Assembly (NCBI GenBank): GCA_951406725.2
Contig: OX597820.1
Location: 31,186,001-31,250,000 of the forward strand
DNA length: 64,000 nucleotides
Reading direction: 5' to 3'
From: Octopus vulgaris
Lineage: Eukaryota
Made by a program: the position numbers and the translations under genes. The notes beneath the pieces were generated by a model, which was given only the letters and a program-made list of their open reading frames with translations, searched no databases and was not told where the DNA came from. This document shows, piece by piece, positions 36,330 through 50,859 of this stretch (its first letter is position 1; every line of letters begins with the position of its first letter).

Positions 36330-38920
36330 ACAGCACCATGCAATTTAGTCGAGAGGAGAACAGTCGATTAAATCAACCCCCATTACTAATAGATGAGCAT
36401 TTTATTTTATTGGGCCTGTAGGGATGAGAGATAAAGTTGACATCAGTGCAATTTGAACTCAAAACCTAAAGGGTAGCAACTAAATGCAACAAGGCATTTC
36501 TGTCCAATGTTCTAATAGTTATGTTAATCTATTGATCATGATGTTGCTTGTTATTGCAGGTAACAACTGCCTGACACGCCGTTGGTTACGATAAAGAAGA
36601 GTGTTCCAGTTCATTCGATCAATGTAGTTTTTTTTCAGAGAGATTCAGTACAATACAGACTATGACAAGGCTGGCCCTTTTGAATCACAGCTACAACCCA
36701 TTTTTGCCAGCTGAGTGGACAGGAACAATGTGAAATAAAAGTGTCTTACTGAAGGACACAATGTACCACCAGGAACTGAACTCAGGACCTTGTGACTGTA
36801 AGTCAAATACCCTCACCACTAAGCCACACATCTGAAATAACAGCCATGATCCCAAATGCTGGGACCAGGAGACTAGTTGATTATCATCACTGACAATACT
36901 TCAGTTGAAAGATGAAAATATAAAGTGAGTTTCAGCAAGATCTCAACTCAGGAAGTAGTAGTAGAAGTGGTGGTGGTGGTGGTGGTAGTAGTAGTAGTAG
37001 TAGACAAGGCCAGCAATTACTGAGGAGAAGAGGCGATTCAATTACATTGAACCCCAATATTTGATTAGTACTTTCTGTTATCGATTCTGGAAAGGTGAAA
37101 AAGTTAGCCTCAGCAGGATTTGAACCAAGAACATAAAGAGCTGGAGCAAATCCCATACAACATTTTCCAATGATCTAAGGATGCTGCCAATCTAATACCC
37201 TAATAATATTAATAATAATAATGGTTTCAAATTAGGCATGAGGCCAGCAACTTTGAGGGACAAGGCTTAATTAATTACTATATCAACCCCAGCACTTGAC
37301 TGGTACTTTATTAAATCCCCAAAAAGATGAAAGGTGAAGTCAACTTTGGGAGGATTTGAACTCAATGCAAGAACCAAGATCAAAAGTATTTTCTTTAACA
37401 CTAATGATTCTGCCAGTTAGCAATCAATGTTTCCTGATTTCGGCATAAGGCTAGCAATTTTGATGGGGTGGTGAGAAGTTCATTACACTGACCCCAATAC
37501 TTGATTGCTACTTTCTTTTTTCAACCCTTTAAGGATGAAAGGCAATGTTGACCTCAGCATGATTTGAACATAGGACATAAACAGCTGGAACAATTAATGC
37601 ATGGCACTTTTTCCCCCTAATGCACCAATGGGTCTGCCAATCTGTTCAAATAACATTTTTTAATTAAGCATAGAAGATGATGTTTTTATGGAAATTCAGG
37701 AATGGAAGTTGTGACATTCTTGCATTATCCACAAGAAACATTAACATATGGGAAAGAGAATAGTTTCTTCTTTGGACATGATTAGTTGACCAGCTTAACA
37801 TTAGCCAACAGAAATAGTAATTTGAAAGATAAAAAACAAGGGCGGAAATGTGGGGGTTAGAGAACAGTCATTTACAATGACCTCAGTACACAGCTGGTAC
37901 TTCATTTTGAAGGATGAAAAGGTATAGTTGAATTTGGTGGGACTGACTTCAAACACAGGCAGAAGGCCATGTATTTAGAAGGACAGGGAACAGTCAATTA
38001 TATGGACAGGACCCTGTACCTGACTGGTATATGTTTTATCTGTCCATCCCACCACCACGAAGCTGAAAGTGGCAGGAATTGAACTCAAAATACAAAGAAT
38101 TTAACCAAATATGACAAAGCATTTTTCTCAGCTATATTACCACTTCCACCAATTCAGTCTAGGCAAAAGGTTACATAGATTTTTGAGGGAGGTTTATGGT
38201 CAAATTCCACTACCATCACCCATACTTGACCAGCACTTGTTTTATTAATCTCAGGAGGATCAAAATGCAAAGGCCACCTCCCATGAAAAGTGGGATATAA
38301 ACTAAATACTGCAAGGTATTTCATATGGTACTCTCCAATGCCAGAAATTTGTTGGGGAGGTGAGGCATGTAGTTAAATCCCCTCTACAGTGACTTGATAT
38401 ACAATAGCAGGTACTCCATACTTATGAAAGATTCCTGAAGAGAGAGAGAGAGAGTTTAGGGAGTTTGGCAAGGATAGGAGCTAGCTCTGGAGTGTATTAT
38501 TTGAAGGTGAAAGAAGGGGCCATTGTTGGAACCTGTTGCCATCAACCCACACTGAAAAATGTAAGGCAAAACTGTGTGGCAGAATTTCAATATACAACAG
38601 AACAAAGGGATGTAACTAAATGCAAAAAGTAATTTTTTCTAATGCTTTACTATTTCTACCAATAATATTAAATAATAATTAAATATTAATCAATAATTAT
38701 TTCTATTATAGGCACAATGCCTGAAATTTTGGAGGCGGTGGCAACTTGATTACATCAACCCCAGTACTTGACTGATACTTCATTTTATCCCTGCCCCCAA
38801 CACAATGAAAAGCAAAGTAGACCTTAGCAGAATTTGAACTCAAAGAGTAAAGCTGGATGAAATGCCACTAAGCATTTTGTTCAGCGTGCTAACAATTCTG
38901 TTAGCTTGCTGCCTTAAAAT
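36330..38920 (-). mobile_element. Old, degraded array of SINE family B copies (youngest ~38700-38915)
   Basis: Recurring GATTTGAAC, AAGGCCAGCAA and CCCCAGTACTTGACTGGTAC variants, all in one orientation. Confidence 0.7.
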
Positions 38921-40153
38921 ATTAATTAATTGATAATTAATGATGATGATTTCTAACATAATGATAATTTCTTATGAACAGGAAACTGCTAGATGTCAAA
39001 GAAAGTAGACCTGTTGAACTTTTAATTTGGTCCTTGCATATTACTGCTATTTATATTCACCCCCTTTCCTGCAGAAATTTACCTTGGCTGTTGATGGGGA
39101 GGGGGGAAGTATAGAGGATCAACTAAAGCTGTCTTTGGTGAGATAAGAACTTAAAACAATAAGACACCCAACTTTGAATTCAGTGAAGTACTCTTACGGT
39201 GTTGCTGCACCACACAGATGACCAGCAACCATCAGGGTTATTGTTGGTTTGGGACCTAGTGCTCAATGAGATCAGTAATCCTACACCACACCTACCCTAA
39301 CAGATAAGCTTCAGGCAACAGCACCATCTGGAGAGTGAGTTAGCCACAATATGGTGGCAAAAGGTGGATACCAGTAATATACTATGGTCAAGACAACAGC
39401 ATTTATCCACATACACACACCAAACCAAATGCAGCCTGTCTGCTACAAAAATCAGGCAATATGCTGAAGTCAAAACAAAACGGTAACATTATGATTTTTG
39501 TCTCCTCTGACTGAATATTTCTGTAATAGGAACGAGGAAGTCTTACAATATGTGTGCATAGATGTGGGGGTGACAATCATGCCTTTCTCAAAACCTTAAA
39601 AAGTATTAACAGAAACAATACTGTTAGTTCTAATAGTACAGGTACGATCACAACCATACAACACTGACTGTCATTGCTGGTACTATTACTACAAACAACG
39701 AGAGTTTACAGTTGTTAAAAGAACAGATAATACAAAGGAGAAGAATGCAAATGTGACACAATAAGGGATGTTAAAAAAAATACGCCTACTACAATAGATA
39801 GATGTGTGTGTGTATATGTATGTGTGTGTGTGTGTGTGTGTGTGAGTAGGGTGACAAAGCTCTCCGACAAGGTAAACATATTGAAAGGAATAATAAAGAG
39901 ACAGGAAGAAAAGATGAACACCTATCATATGGTGCAGCAGTAGAGTGCAGAAGAGTGCAGTAAGCAGTGTGGTGGTGTTGTGAGCTGTCGTCGATGTAGA
40001 TGGATTGCTAACGAAGAATGCAGCTCTTTGCAAAACAGTCATACTGGAAGTGTATATGTCTTTGTATACATACGTACACACTGATAAGGATACATAAAAT
40101 CACATTCCCAAGCCTGTATGTGTATGTATGTGTATATATACATAAATCATCAT

Positions 40154-40192
<39 letters not shown>

Positions 40193-41867
40193 TCAATTTT
40201 GAACACATACAAGTACTTATATTTGTGTGTGTGTGTGTGTGCGTGCGTGTGTTATACACACTTGTACATTATGTAAGTGTTCAGTTGTGTGAGAGAGAGC
40301 GAAAGAATTGCTAGTTGCCGATTCTCACAGAAATGGCTTCTAGTAAAAATAAAAAAATAAATAAAAATGCAAGCTTTCAGCTGTTTAGAAACACACACAC
40401 ACACTCATACACCTACCTACCACACACAAAATAAAATTAAAATTATAAATCAACAAAAACAGTAAGACAAAGGTGCAACAAAAAACACAGACAAAAAAAA
40501 ACAATTGTCAAATGAAAAGGAAATTAGAATTAGAATCAATACTGTGATGAATATAAACAAAGTTGACAAGACACAAAAGCCAGAACAAAAAGGCATTTTG
40601 TTTCTCACCATATGTCTCATTATCACCATCATCAACATAGACAAGCACCATATCATCATCATCATCATCACCACCATCAATACCGCTATCATTATCAAAA
40701 GAGTGAGAAATTAGCTCAAATCTTACATAACATATTTTTGCTCGTTTTGGTGGAAGGGGTGGGAGAGTGGGTGAACCTTCAGGTATTGAAAATGAAAGTA
40801 AAGAATTTTGACACGATTTTCGTCTTTCCTTTTTTTTTTTTTACTCTTTGATCTCGACTTATCAATAAAAAGGTAAAAAAGAGTAAAAAGATGGAATAAA
40901 AGAATGGTTTACTCAGAAGGAGAAGCGAAAAAATAATGGAAATGTAAGAAAAAATTTTTTTTAAAATAAAGAAAAAAAAACGGAGAAAAGAGAGGAATTT
41001 GTTACCTATATCATATGCAAACTGTTTCATAATGTTGACTGGATTTCATATGTGCATGTTGTTGATATAGATAGGAACGTTGTCCACAAAATACTACTAC
41101 AACCACCACCAGTAGCAAAGAACAACAGCAGTAGTAGTAGTAGTAGTAATAATAGTAGTAATAGCAATAGCAGCAGCAGCAACAACAACAGCAACTACTA
41201 CTACTACTAATATGAAGAATCAACAATAAAAACTTCAATTGAATCAGCTAAGCTGGTAATAGAAACCGATGGATATATTCAATGAATCGAAACCAGCTCC
41301 GAAAACCAGGAAAAATTCTGATTACATATGTATGCATGCATACATACATACATATGTCGGAAGAGAAAATTCTTAATATCTACATCTGATTTGTTGTTGT
41401 TGTTATTTTTCCACAGACACACAACCAAACAGATGTGACACAAACACACACGCGTATAGCGTTACACAAATAGACTGACAGACAGCCAGGTGTCTTCACT
41501 TACGACAGTTCTACTGAATGCAATACGAAAACAGAAGAATTATCATCTGAGCCATGACCAAATGGTTTGGTTTGCAAACAGAAGGAAAGCAAAACAGATG
41601 TGGAATAAACCAAAAGCAAAGTTGGCTCTTATTATTATTATTATTATTATTATGAATATTAATGTTACTGTTGTTATTGTTAACTGCTGCAGTTGTTGTT
41701 GGTGGTGGTCACATTTGTATTGAAAAATCCAACAGGCATAGTTAGTTAGTTGCTTGATTGATTTAGTTTGGTTTGGCTGTGATTTCGTTAACTACTAATA
41801 CACTGGTAGTTTCCATGAGAACTATTCAGCAGTTCTGAGAGGAGTGAGGCCACAAGAAAGACCAAAA

Positions 41868-41906
<39 letters not shown>

Positions 41907-42504
41907 AGAGGGAGAAGAAGAGAGAGAGAGAAGGAGAGAGGAGGGAAGGTGGTGGTGGGGAACATAGATTTTATTCAGTGGAAGAAATGATTTGCGAATG
42001 CCAAATGAGAAGAATTAAAAAACGGATAAAGGAAAATAGCCAACACATTTTAGGCCACAAATTCCTTAATTACAATTAAAAATAAAAAAGTCATTTAAAA
42101 AATTTTCCTTAATGAAATTATGTTAGGAAAGTAATGCTATCTGTTGCATTTTCATTTCAATTCATATATATTTTCTATAAAATGTGAAGTTAATGGTGGT
42201 GGTAGTGTGAACAGGAAAGAAATTATTGTCACTCTTTGATTTAACAGAACACAATAGTGGACAGTTGTGTGAAGAGTTGTCCCAGCAGTTAATGATAGAA
42301 TAGAATGGAATGGAATGAGGCTACATTGAAGATAAATCTACCATATGTCTGGCAATAAAACTTTCTTTGCCTCTCTCTCTCTTGGTAAAATCTGCTTTTA
42401 TTGCTTGTTAATTTTCCAATCCCTTGCAAAAGAAATGTAAATATTTGAAAAAAACATTTTTTCCCTCTAAAAATACTGGACAAGGTTTTAATTTTGCATT
42501 GTAT

Positions 42505-42825
42505 CTTTTACTTGTTTCAGTCATTAGGCTGTAACCATCCCAGGGCACCACCCTTGAAGAATTTTAGTCAAACAAATTGACACTCAGTACCTATTTTTTT
42601 TTTTTAATTTAAGTCTGGTACTTATTCTATCAGTCTATTTAGCCAAACTGCTAACTCATGGGGAAGTAAACACACCAACACCAGTATGCACACACATATG
42701 ACAGGCTTCCTTCAGTTTCTGTCTACCAAATCATTTACAACCAGAAGTGAGGTTATAGTAGAAGACACTTGTCCAAGGTGCCACACAGGAGGACTAAAGC
42801 CAGAACCATGTTCCTGGGAAGCAAT
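42505..42825 (-). mobile_element. SINE family A
   Basis: Tail TTTTACTTGTTTCAGTCATT and head motifs. Confidence 0.75.
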
Positions 42826-43489
42826 GACCATTTCTAGAAATTCTGAGATTAATGGTAGGGATAAGGGGAGAAGAAAATACAACTAAAAGGTATACAGATG
42901 TACTCATATCAAATCAACTTCAGGCCTGGTGAAAATAGTTGCAATACAGAGGACTCTGCTAAAGGGACCCAGAGGCCTGATGATGGTGCTAAATTAGGCA
43001 GCAGATTTAATTAAATCTACCAGCTGAGAACATCAAGAGGCCATCAGATGAACTTCTGAATAGTTTTGATCTTTAAAATTTCACTCGCAAGATTTAGGTC
43101 AATGTGAGGCTATGGAAGGAATATTTGTGGTAGTAAGTAGCATAAATTTAAAAAAATAAAAAATATAGTATAATCCATAACTTTTATCCCAATCTGGTAG
43201 AGTGATTGCATAGTAAACTTTTAAACCATACAACTATACCTGATCATACTTGTGGGTATGTCTCTACATTCAGAGTTAGAATTCTGCTCAAGCTGACAGT
43301 GACTTTGATCCCTCTGATAAAATAAGTATGAGACAAATAGTGAGGGTGATTGATACTGCCAAATCATAAAAAAAACAAAAAAACTGACTGTGTCTAGAGA
43401 AAATGTTATCCAATTGTTGTGTTGGAGTTTGAACTCAGAACACTGAGAGCTGAAACTAAATAAATACTGCAAGACATGTATTCTTTTAT

Positions 43490-43812
43490 TCTTTTACTTG
43501 TTTCAGACACTTGACTGCGGCCATGCTGGAGCACCACCTTTAGTTGAACAAATCAACCCACAGACATTCTTTGCAAGCCTAGTACTTATTCTATCAGTCT
43601 CTTTTTCTGAACAGCTAAGTTACGGTGATGATGGGGGGACAAACACAAACATATGCGATGGGCTTCTTTTGCTTTCCGTCTACCAAATCTACTCACAAGG
43701 CTTTGGTTGGCTCAAGGCTATAGTAGAAGACACTTGCCGAAGGTGCCATGCAGTGGGACTGAACCTGGAGCCATGTGGTTGGGAAGCAAGCTTCTTACCA
43801 CACAGCCACTGA
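43490..43812 (-). mobile_element. SINE family A
   Basis: Reverse complement of family A. Confidence 0.85.
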
Positions 43813-44604
43813 TTCTGTGAACCCAGCAAGAAAATAATTACTTCAACTCAAAGTCAAAGTTTGAAGGGGCATACTCGCCACAGCTGAACTGACACTAGTT
43901 ATTAGCCAGCCTTTATTTTACTAACTCTAGACAAAATGGGAAACTAAAGTAGGACTTTAGAACTAGATGGGACACAAACATTAGGTATTTTAGTCTATGA
44001 ATCCATCATTTTTGTAAAAAAAGAAGAAAAAAAACAGAGATGTCTTCATGTGATTGCTTCACCAAACAACCACCACCTTAAATGAAGAGGAACATTTTAA
44101 ATAATGTAACCTTAGATACTCCTAAAAAGATGGTGAGGTCATGGTTGGACTGCTTTTTATCATGAGTGTGCTCAGGATGACCCAGGGTTAAACAACAAAA
44201 GTAATGGCTTCACATTTTGGTACAAAGCCAGCAGTTTCAGGTGGTCTGTACATAAGTATCTCAATCATTGTATATCTGTGTTCAGCAAGAATTACAACTG
44301 CCTTCAAGCCTGATCTTTAGAGTAAGGGTTACAATCACAATAAACCTTCTGCTTCATAAGGAGCACAGCGATAGAGTGGGTCTCCAGCAGATCTAGCTAT
44401 ATGAAAGTTAAGTCATACTGGTGGTCATTATAAAACATCCAAGGTGTTAGAAAACAGCTCAAAGAGTTGATAATTGTCTCCACTATTTTCAAAATGATGG
44501 ACATGGGAAGCGAGTGCAATAGAATGATAACTGGCAGAGCCAGAGGAGAAGCCCTTCTTGTGAATGGTACACACTGCAGCACATTATTTAAAAAAAAAAA
44601 AAAA

Positions 44605-44990
44605 TAGGTGTAGGAGAGGTTGTGTGGTAAGTAGCTTGCTTACAGTCCCACTGCATGGTACCTTGGGCAAGTGTTTTCTACTATAGCCTCGGGCCGACCA
44701 AAGCCTTGTGAGCGGATTTGGTAGACGGGAACTGAAAGAATCCCGTTGTATAAATGTGTATGTGCGTTTGTGTGTGTATGTTTGTGTGCCTGTGTTTGTC
44801 CCCCCAATATTCTTTGACAACCGATGGTGGTGTGTTTACGTCCCTGTAACTTAGCGGTTCAGCAAAAGAGACCGTTAGAATAAGTACTAGGCTTATAAAG
44901 AATAAGTCCTGGAGTCGATTTGCTTCACTAAAGGCAGTGCTCCAGCATGGCCACAGTCAAATGACTGAAACAAGTAAAAGAGTAAAGAGA
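44605..44990 (+). mobile_element. SINE family A, young, with a deletion in the B-box region
   Basis: High similarity to the 3835-4213 copy. Confidence 0.85.
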
Positions 44991-44996
44991 GATAGT

Positions 44997-45029
<33 letters not shown>

Positions 45030-46584
45030 CATTAAGTGATGAACATAGAAGCTAACTCTGGCATACATCATTTGAAAGTACTGATCTCTTGACTGGTCTC
45101 ATACCCTCAACATTCAAGCAACCTTGACTCATACTATTTCCCACCTCTCATCACTTTTGGTGCCTCCAACTGTCTTGGTCCCACACTAACCATTATGCCT
45201 AATCCTTTACCCCAGAACATTGATTCTTTGGAATCCTGTCTTCAGGTCATGAGTCTTCAGACTCAAAAAAGTTTTTTTTTTAATAGTTATAAAACCTCTT
45301 TTCATATTTACATTAATAATTCCATCATAAATTTTATGTCGAATTTTTCTAAAATTATGTTGCAACATTCAACTTCATAACACAAAAGCTACTTAGTAAA
45401 TACCTCCAAATTCTTGATTATTTTCCAAATTAACTGAAGTACACAGACAGTATTTCATTAGAAATATAATCATGAAAAGGTTAATGTAAGACATCTTTGG
45501 TCTCTTCTTTAATATTGGTTATATAATGGTGCTTCCTTAATCTCTCAGTAAGGTCACAATGGAGATTTAAATTATAGTTCTGGACTCAAGCCAGGTACAA
45601 TTCATGAACAATTACTATAGAATTTCTATTGACAAGGCATCATCACATAACATATATAGCCAATGAAGGGGAAACTAAATCTGGTTAGTTTCACTTTCAA
45701 ACACTCACCCACTCACACAGTTGTATCTATATGTCAAACTAACTGACACACATTCAAGCAAACAAATAAACTCTGGTATGGCTGTCTAATATGCTAGAAA
45801 CAACAAATCTCTCTCAAATCCCACCCAATAACCTTGAAGTATACATGGAATGAGGAGGTCCTCAATATATAAACAACAGTTGGTCATATGAGAAATGCCT
45901 CTGAATCAGCACTAAGCAAGCAGAAATGCTTATCTGATCAATGCTAACTTGGGCCTACATCAACAATTAACTGCACAAGCTTTACACTGCTGCATTTAAA
46001 CTTCCAGTAAAGGAGAGTTAAAACTGCTGAAGAGTCACTGCTCCTCCTCTGTCGTCCCCCAGGTCAGCTGGATGTTTTTTTTTATTTTTAAATTCATTAT
46101 ACAATAGTAGAAGCAAGATAGTACAGTACCCTATCTAACTGGCTAACTAACCATCATCCTTGGTTGTGAATCGAAATCCAGTGCATGCACACCGATGCTT
46201 CTGTGCAAAACAATACTTATTCTGCATTGCCTCAATCCACCTAGTTGTTGGAAATAAATGCCTACAACACATTAGCTAAACAACAACACAAGCATCATAT
46301 CCAAGATATTGATCATACGTCCACATAAAACCACAAATCCAGAGCTATGTACACACATATCTGCTCTTTAACTTAATGTTTTTAAGTTGAGAAGATTTAC
46401 ATTTTGAGATTTATAAATATTAACAAACAACTCCTACTAACCAATACATCAAAAGGGGAAGTCGTCACACTTGCCTGGAAACATAAAATAACCAGCATAT
46501 TAGTCTGGCTTTAACTTAATAATTTATCAGAGATTCTAGTGAAAACCGACTTTATTATGGATGCAATTTTCTAACATTAATGAC

Positions 46585-47020
46585 TGTACACAAACAGTGT
46601 CCATTCTAAAGACTGTGGTGATGATGAACTTCACAAACAGAGATTTAATTAAGACATTGGCAAGTTGAGCAACTACAGAGAAACTCCTTTATTACTTTGT
46701 GGTTTACTGGTGGCAAACCCTAAACTGAACAACCCTATTACAAAAAGTGGCCCAACTATGATCCTTTCTTTATATTTTGTATCAGTATATCTAAGATTAC
46801 ATTAGTCTATGTATCTATGGAGTAAGGTGTTGCTGAAAGCAAATTGGCTGTTATAGGTGTACACATACAGTGACCATTCTAAAGATTCTAATGGTGGCGG
46901 AGGAAGTTCATTAACAGATTTAATTAATCTAATTGGCAGGTTGAGCAATTACACAGAAGTTCCTTTACTGCATTGTAGTTCAGTAGCAGCAAATGTTTAG
47001 CGAAAGTCAACCCTAAATCA
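46585..47020. repeat. Diverged local tandem duplication (~275-bp period)
   Basis: ACAGTG.CCATTCTAAAGA...AGATTTAATTAA...ATTGGCA.GTTGAGCAA occurs near 46595 and near 46867. Confidence 0.65.
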
Positions 47021-47422
47021 AACAAAGCTAACACCTGAGGTTTCCAGGTGTGTCCCACACCCTTCACCCAATTCTTTTTTCAATGCATCTATGACTACAT
47101 TGTTCAATATATCTTTTTCAGAAAAAGACAAAAAGGTATGGTATTGAGGGTGAATTGGCTGTGATTTGTAGTTAGTCAAATGATTGCATGCAAGGCCTTT
47201 CACTGATTCATAGTTCAGTAATAGATAAGTATTTGAAAGCTTAGTACAATGACATGCAACCTATTCTGTTAGAGTTCACAATATGTTTTTACATAATCCT
47301 CACCCAATGTCCACTGAGACCAAAATTCAACATTTAAATATAAATTTCATTCAAACTATAATAAAAGAAAAACAAATATAAAAAAAGCACTAGTCACACC
47401 TGAAAAGTGGTGGGTGAGTTAA

Positions 47423-47812
47423 TAGGTGCAGACATGGCAGTGTGGTTAAGAAATCTGCTTCCCAACCAATGGTTTCAAGTTCAGTCCCACTATGTGACCC
47501 CTTGCTCAATTGTCCTCTACTATAGTCCTGGGTTGGCCAACATGTGAGTGGATTTTTGCTGATGGAAACTGAAAGAAGGCCATCACACACACATACAAAT
47601 GTGTGTATGTGAGTGAGTGTGTGTGTGTGTCTGTGTATTTGTGTCTCCTTTTCTTGACATTACATAATAGTTGTAAATGTTTGTATGTCATACAAGCAGT
47701 ATCATTCATTTCCTATATTTTGTGAAAAAATGTCTGGAGTGCAGTTGACAGGAAGGACATCAAGTCCAACTCATGCAAGGGGGGAGGAATGGACATTGAG
47801 AAGATGATGATG
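47423..47812 (+). mobile_element. SINE with a family A head and an RTE-type (GAT)n tail
   Basis: Family A head, then CTTGACATT...CATACAAGCAGT...GGAAGGACATC...GATGATGATG. Confidence 0.75.
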
Positions 47813-48559
47813 GTTATCATCTTAATTGTTAAAACATCAATATGTATACAACTTTCTCCTAAATATACGTATGTTACTAAGAATTACCAACTAAAACGGG
47901 GCCTATGCTGGCCACTTTATGCCTCTGTGGGTTAGTGTACAGCTGTGCCAGATGTGAATTGCAAATGATGCGACAAAAAAAAAAAACAAAAAAAGTTCAT
48001 CAGGATAAGACACTACATATACACTGTACAGAGTAATGATGATAGTTATGGTGACAAATGTTGTTGGCGGAGATAGTCATATTAAACTGATAAACATTGA
48101 GATCTAAACAAAGCTAATAAATGCAGTAACACTTGTATGTACAATGTGTATGTGTGAGCGCACAAGTATGTGTGCGTATGTATGTATATATGTACACACA
48201 CAGTACAGAATCAGAGTTTAGCTTTCTTAATCCTGTCCTAAAGAGTATTAAGAGGTAGGCAGATAAATACCTACCCATCCATTCACCATTTCACTCTTAT
48301 TGTTATTATTATTATTAGTAGTAGTAGTGCTGCAGCTAGACACAGATTAAATTATAATTGTCTAACATCTACATGTCTATGTATTATGAATTAGGTCATT
48401 AATAATAACAACAACAACATGGAGAGAACAAAAAAAAAATCTTAAATTTCCATAATTTTTTCCACCCCACCACCTTCACAGGAAATGCAAAGCTCATTAT
48501 TTTTTTTCACACTAAGTAGAATGTGATGATAATGATGATGATGATCATCATCATCAAAT

Positions 48560-49835
48560 GAAGTGAACTGACAGAATTATTAAAATGTCAGGAACAAAAA
48601 AAAAAAATAAGGTTTGTGATATCTGTTCTGGTTTTTATGTTCAGAGTTCAATCCCTACTGGGATGAACTTTATTTTATGGATCCTGGAGGGATGAAAAAC
48701 AAAGTACCAGTTGAGAGTATACAGGGGTTGATGTCATCAGCGAATCCTCTTCCCCTAAAATTTCGGGCCTTGTACCTATAGTAGAAAGGGTTATTATTAT
48801 TTCTTCCAGCTCTGTACATGCTAAGATCAAATCCTGCCAAGGTCAACTGTATCTGTCATAAATAAATAAATACCAGTCAAGTTCTAAGATCAATTTAACC
48901 AACTACCTCCCTCCCACGAAATTTCAGGCCTTGTGCCTCTAGTAGAAAGAATTATTATAATTAAGGTAGCATGTTGGCTGAATCATTAGAGCATCAGACA
49001 AAATGCTTAGCAGCATTTTCTCTGGCTCTTTACGTTTTGTGTTCAGATTCTGCTGGAGTCAACTTTACATTTCATCCTTTCATCATCATTTAACATCTGC
49101 TTTCCATGCTGGCATGAGTTGGAGAGTTTGACAGGAGCTGGCCAGGCAGAAGACTGCACCATACTTCTGTGTCTATTTTGGCACAGTATTTACAGCTGGA
49201 TGCCTTTCCTAACCCAGCAGAGTGGACTGAGTGCTTTTTACATGGCACTAGCACAGGTGAGGTCAATTTTGGCATGGTTTCTACAGCTGGATGCCCTTCC
49301 AAATGCCAACCACTTTACAGTGTGGATTAATAAACTAAAGTACCAGTTGAATATTGAGGATCGATGTAATGAACTTAATGCACACCTAAAATTAGTATTA
49401 TCATCATCCTCACTGTTATTGTTAAGGCAGCAAGCTGGCAGAATCCTTAGCACGACAGATTAAGTGCTTAGTAGTATTTCTCTTGTCTTCATGTTCTGAG
49501 TTCAAATTCTGCCAAGGTCAGTTGTACCTTTCAGCCTTTCGGGGTTGATAAAATAAGTACCAGTTGTGTACTGGGGTCGATATAATCGACTATCCACTCC
49601 CCAAAATTTCAGACCTTGAGCTTATAGCAGAAAGGATGATTATTATTATTATTGTTTCAACTTGACTCTTGACATGTTGTGTTCAAATCATACTGGTGTG
49701 TGTGTGGGGGGGAGGGGGTCAATATTTCCATCATCCTTCTAGGGGTTAAAAAGAAAACATGTACCAGTTACGTAATGAAGTCAATTAACTGACTAACCTG
49801 CCCCTCAAATTGCTAGCCTCATGTCCGAACTAGAA
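48560..49835 (+). mobile_element. Head-to-tail array of SINE family B copies with an RTE-UTR insert at ~49085-49325
   Basis: About 5 units in the same orientation, separated by (ATT)n. Confidence 0.8.
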
Positions 49836-49909
49836 ATTATTTTAAAACGTGGGCTGTAGACTGGTACAAATATCAGAGAATCAGAAAAAAATTTATTTTT
49901 TATCTTCTG

Positions 49910-50297
49910 TCTCACTTGGTTCAGTCATTATATTGCAGCTATGCTAGGGCACTGACTTGAGGGGTTAGTCAAACAGGTCAATCCCAAAACTTATGTTTTT
50001 TTTTTTGTTTTTTTTAAAGTCTGGTAACTATTCTATCAAACTCGTTTTGCTGAACTACTAAGTAATGGGGATGTAAATAAACCAACACCGATAGGGGTGG
50101 GGAGGAACACAATGACACACACACATGCATACATGTACAATGGACTTCTTTCAGTTTCCATCTACCAGATCCACTCAAGGCTTTAGTTGACCCAAGACTA
50201 TAGAAGAAGGTACTTCCCCAAGGTGCCATGCAGTGGGACTGAAACAAGAACCTTGTGGTTGGGAAGCAAACTTCTTACCACACAGCTATGCATGCAT
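49910..50297 (-). mobile_element. SINE family A
   Basis: Reverse-complement head and tail motifs. Confidence 0.8.
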
Positions 50298-50554
50298 CTT
50301 TGCAGTATTTAGTTACAACACTTAATATTCTAAGTTTGAATCCTGCCAAAATCAATCTTTCTTTCATCCCTCTGGGATCAATAAATAAAGTACCTGTCAA
50401 GTATTAGAATCAGTTCAATTGACTATACCTCCTCCTCTCCAAATCTGTGGCCTTGTGCTTACATTATAAAATCCTTATATTTTCCATTACATTCCAAGTT
50501 CAAATGTCACTAAAGTTGATTTAGCTTTTCCTTGTCTTAGGCAGAATGAAACAA

Positions 50555-50792
50555 ATACCTATTTCTTTACTACCCACAAGGGGCTAAACACAGAGGGGAC
50601 AAACAAGGACAGACAAACGGATTAAGTCGATTACATCAACCCCAGTGCGTAACTGGTACTCAATTTATCGACCCTGAAAGGATGAAAGGCAAAGTCGACC
50701 TTGGCGGAATTTGAACTCAGAACGTAACGGCAGACGAAATACGGCTATGCATTTCGCCCGGCATGCTAACGTTTCTGCCAGCTCACTGCTTT
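50555..50792 (-). mobile_element. Young SINE family B copy inserted in an older plus-strand copy
   Basis: CpG-intact copy; AATGAAACAAATACC is duplicated at both ends (~50545 and ~50793). Confidence 0.85.
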
Positions 50793-50859
50793 AATGAAAC
50801 AAATACCAGTCAAGTACTAAGGACTGATTTGATTGACTGTGCTTCTCCCTCACAAAACG

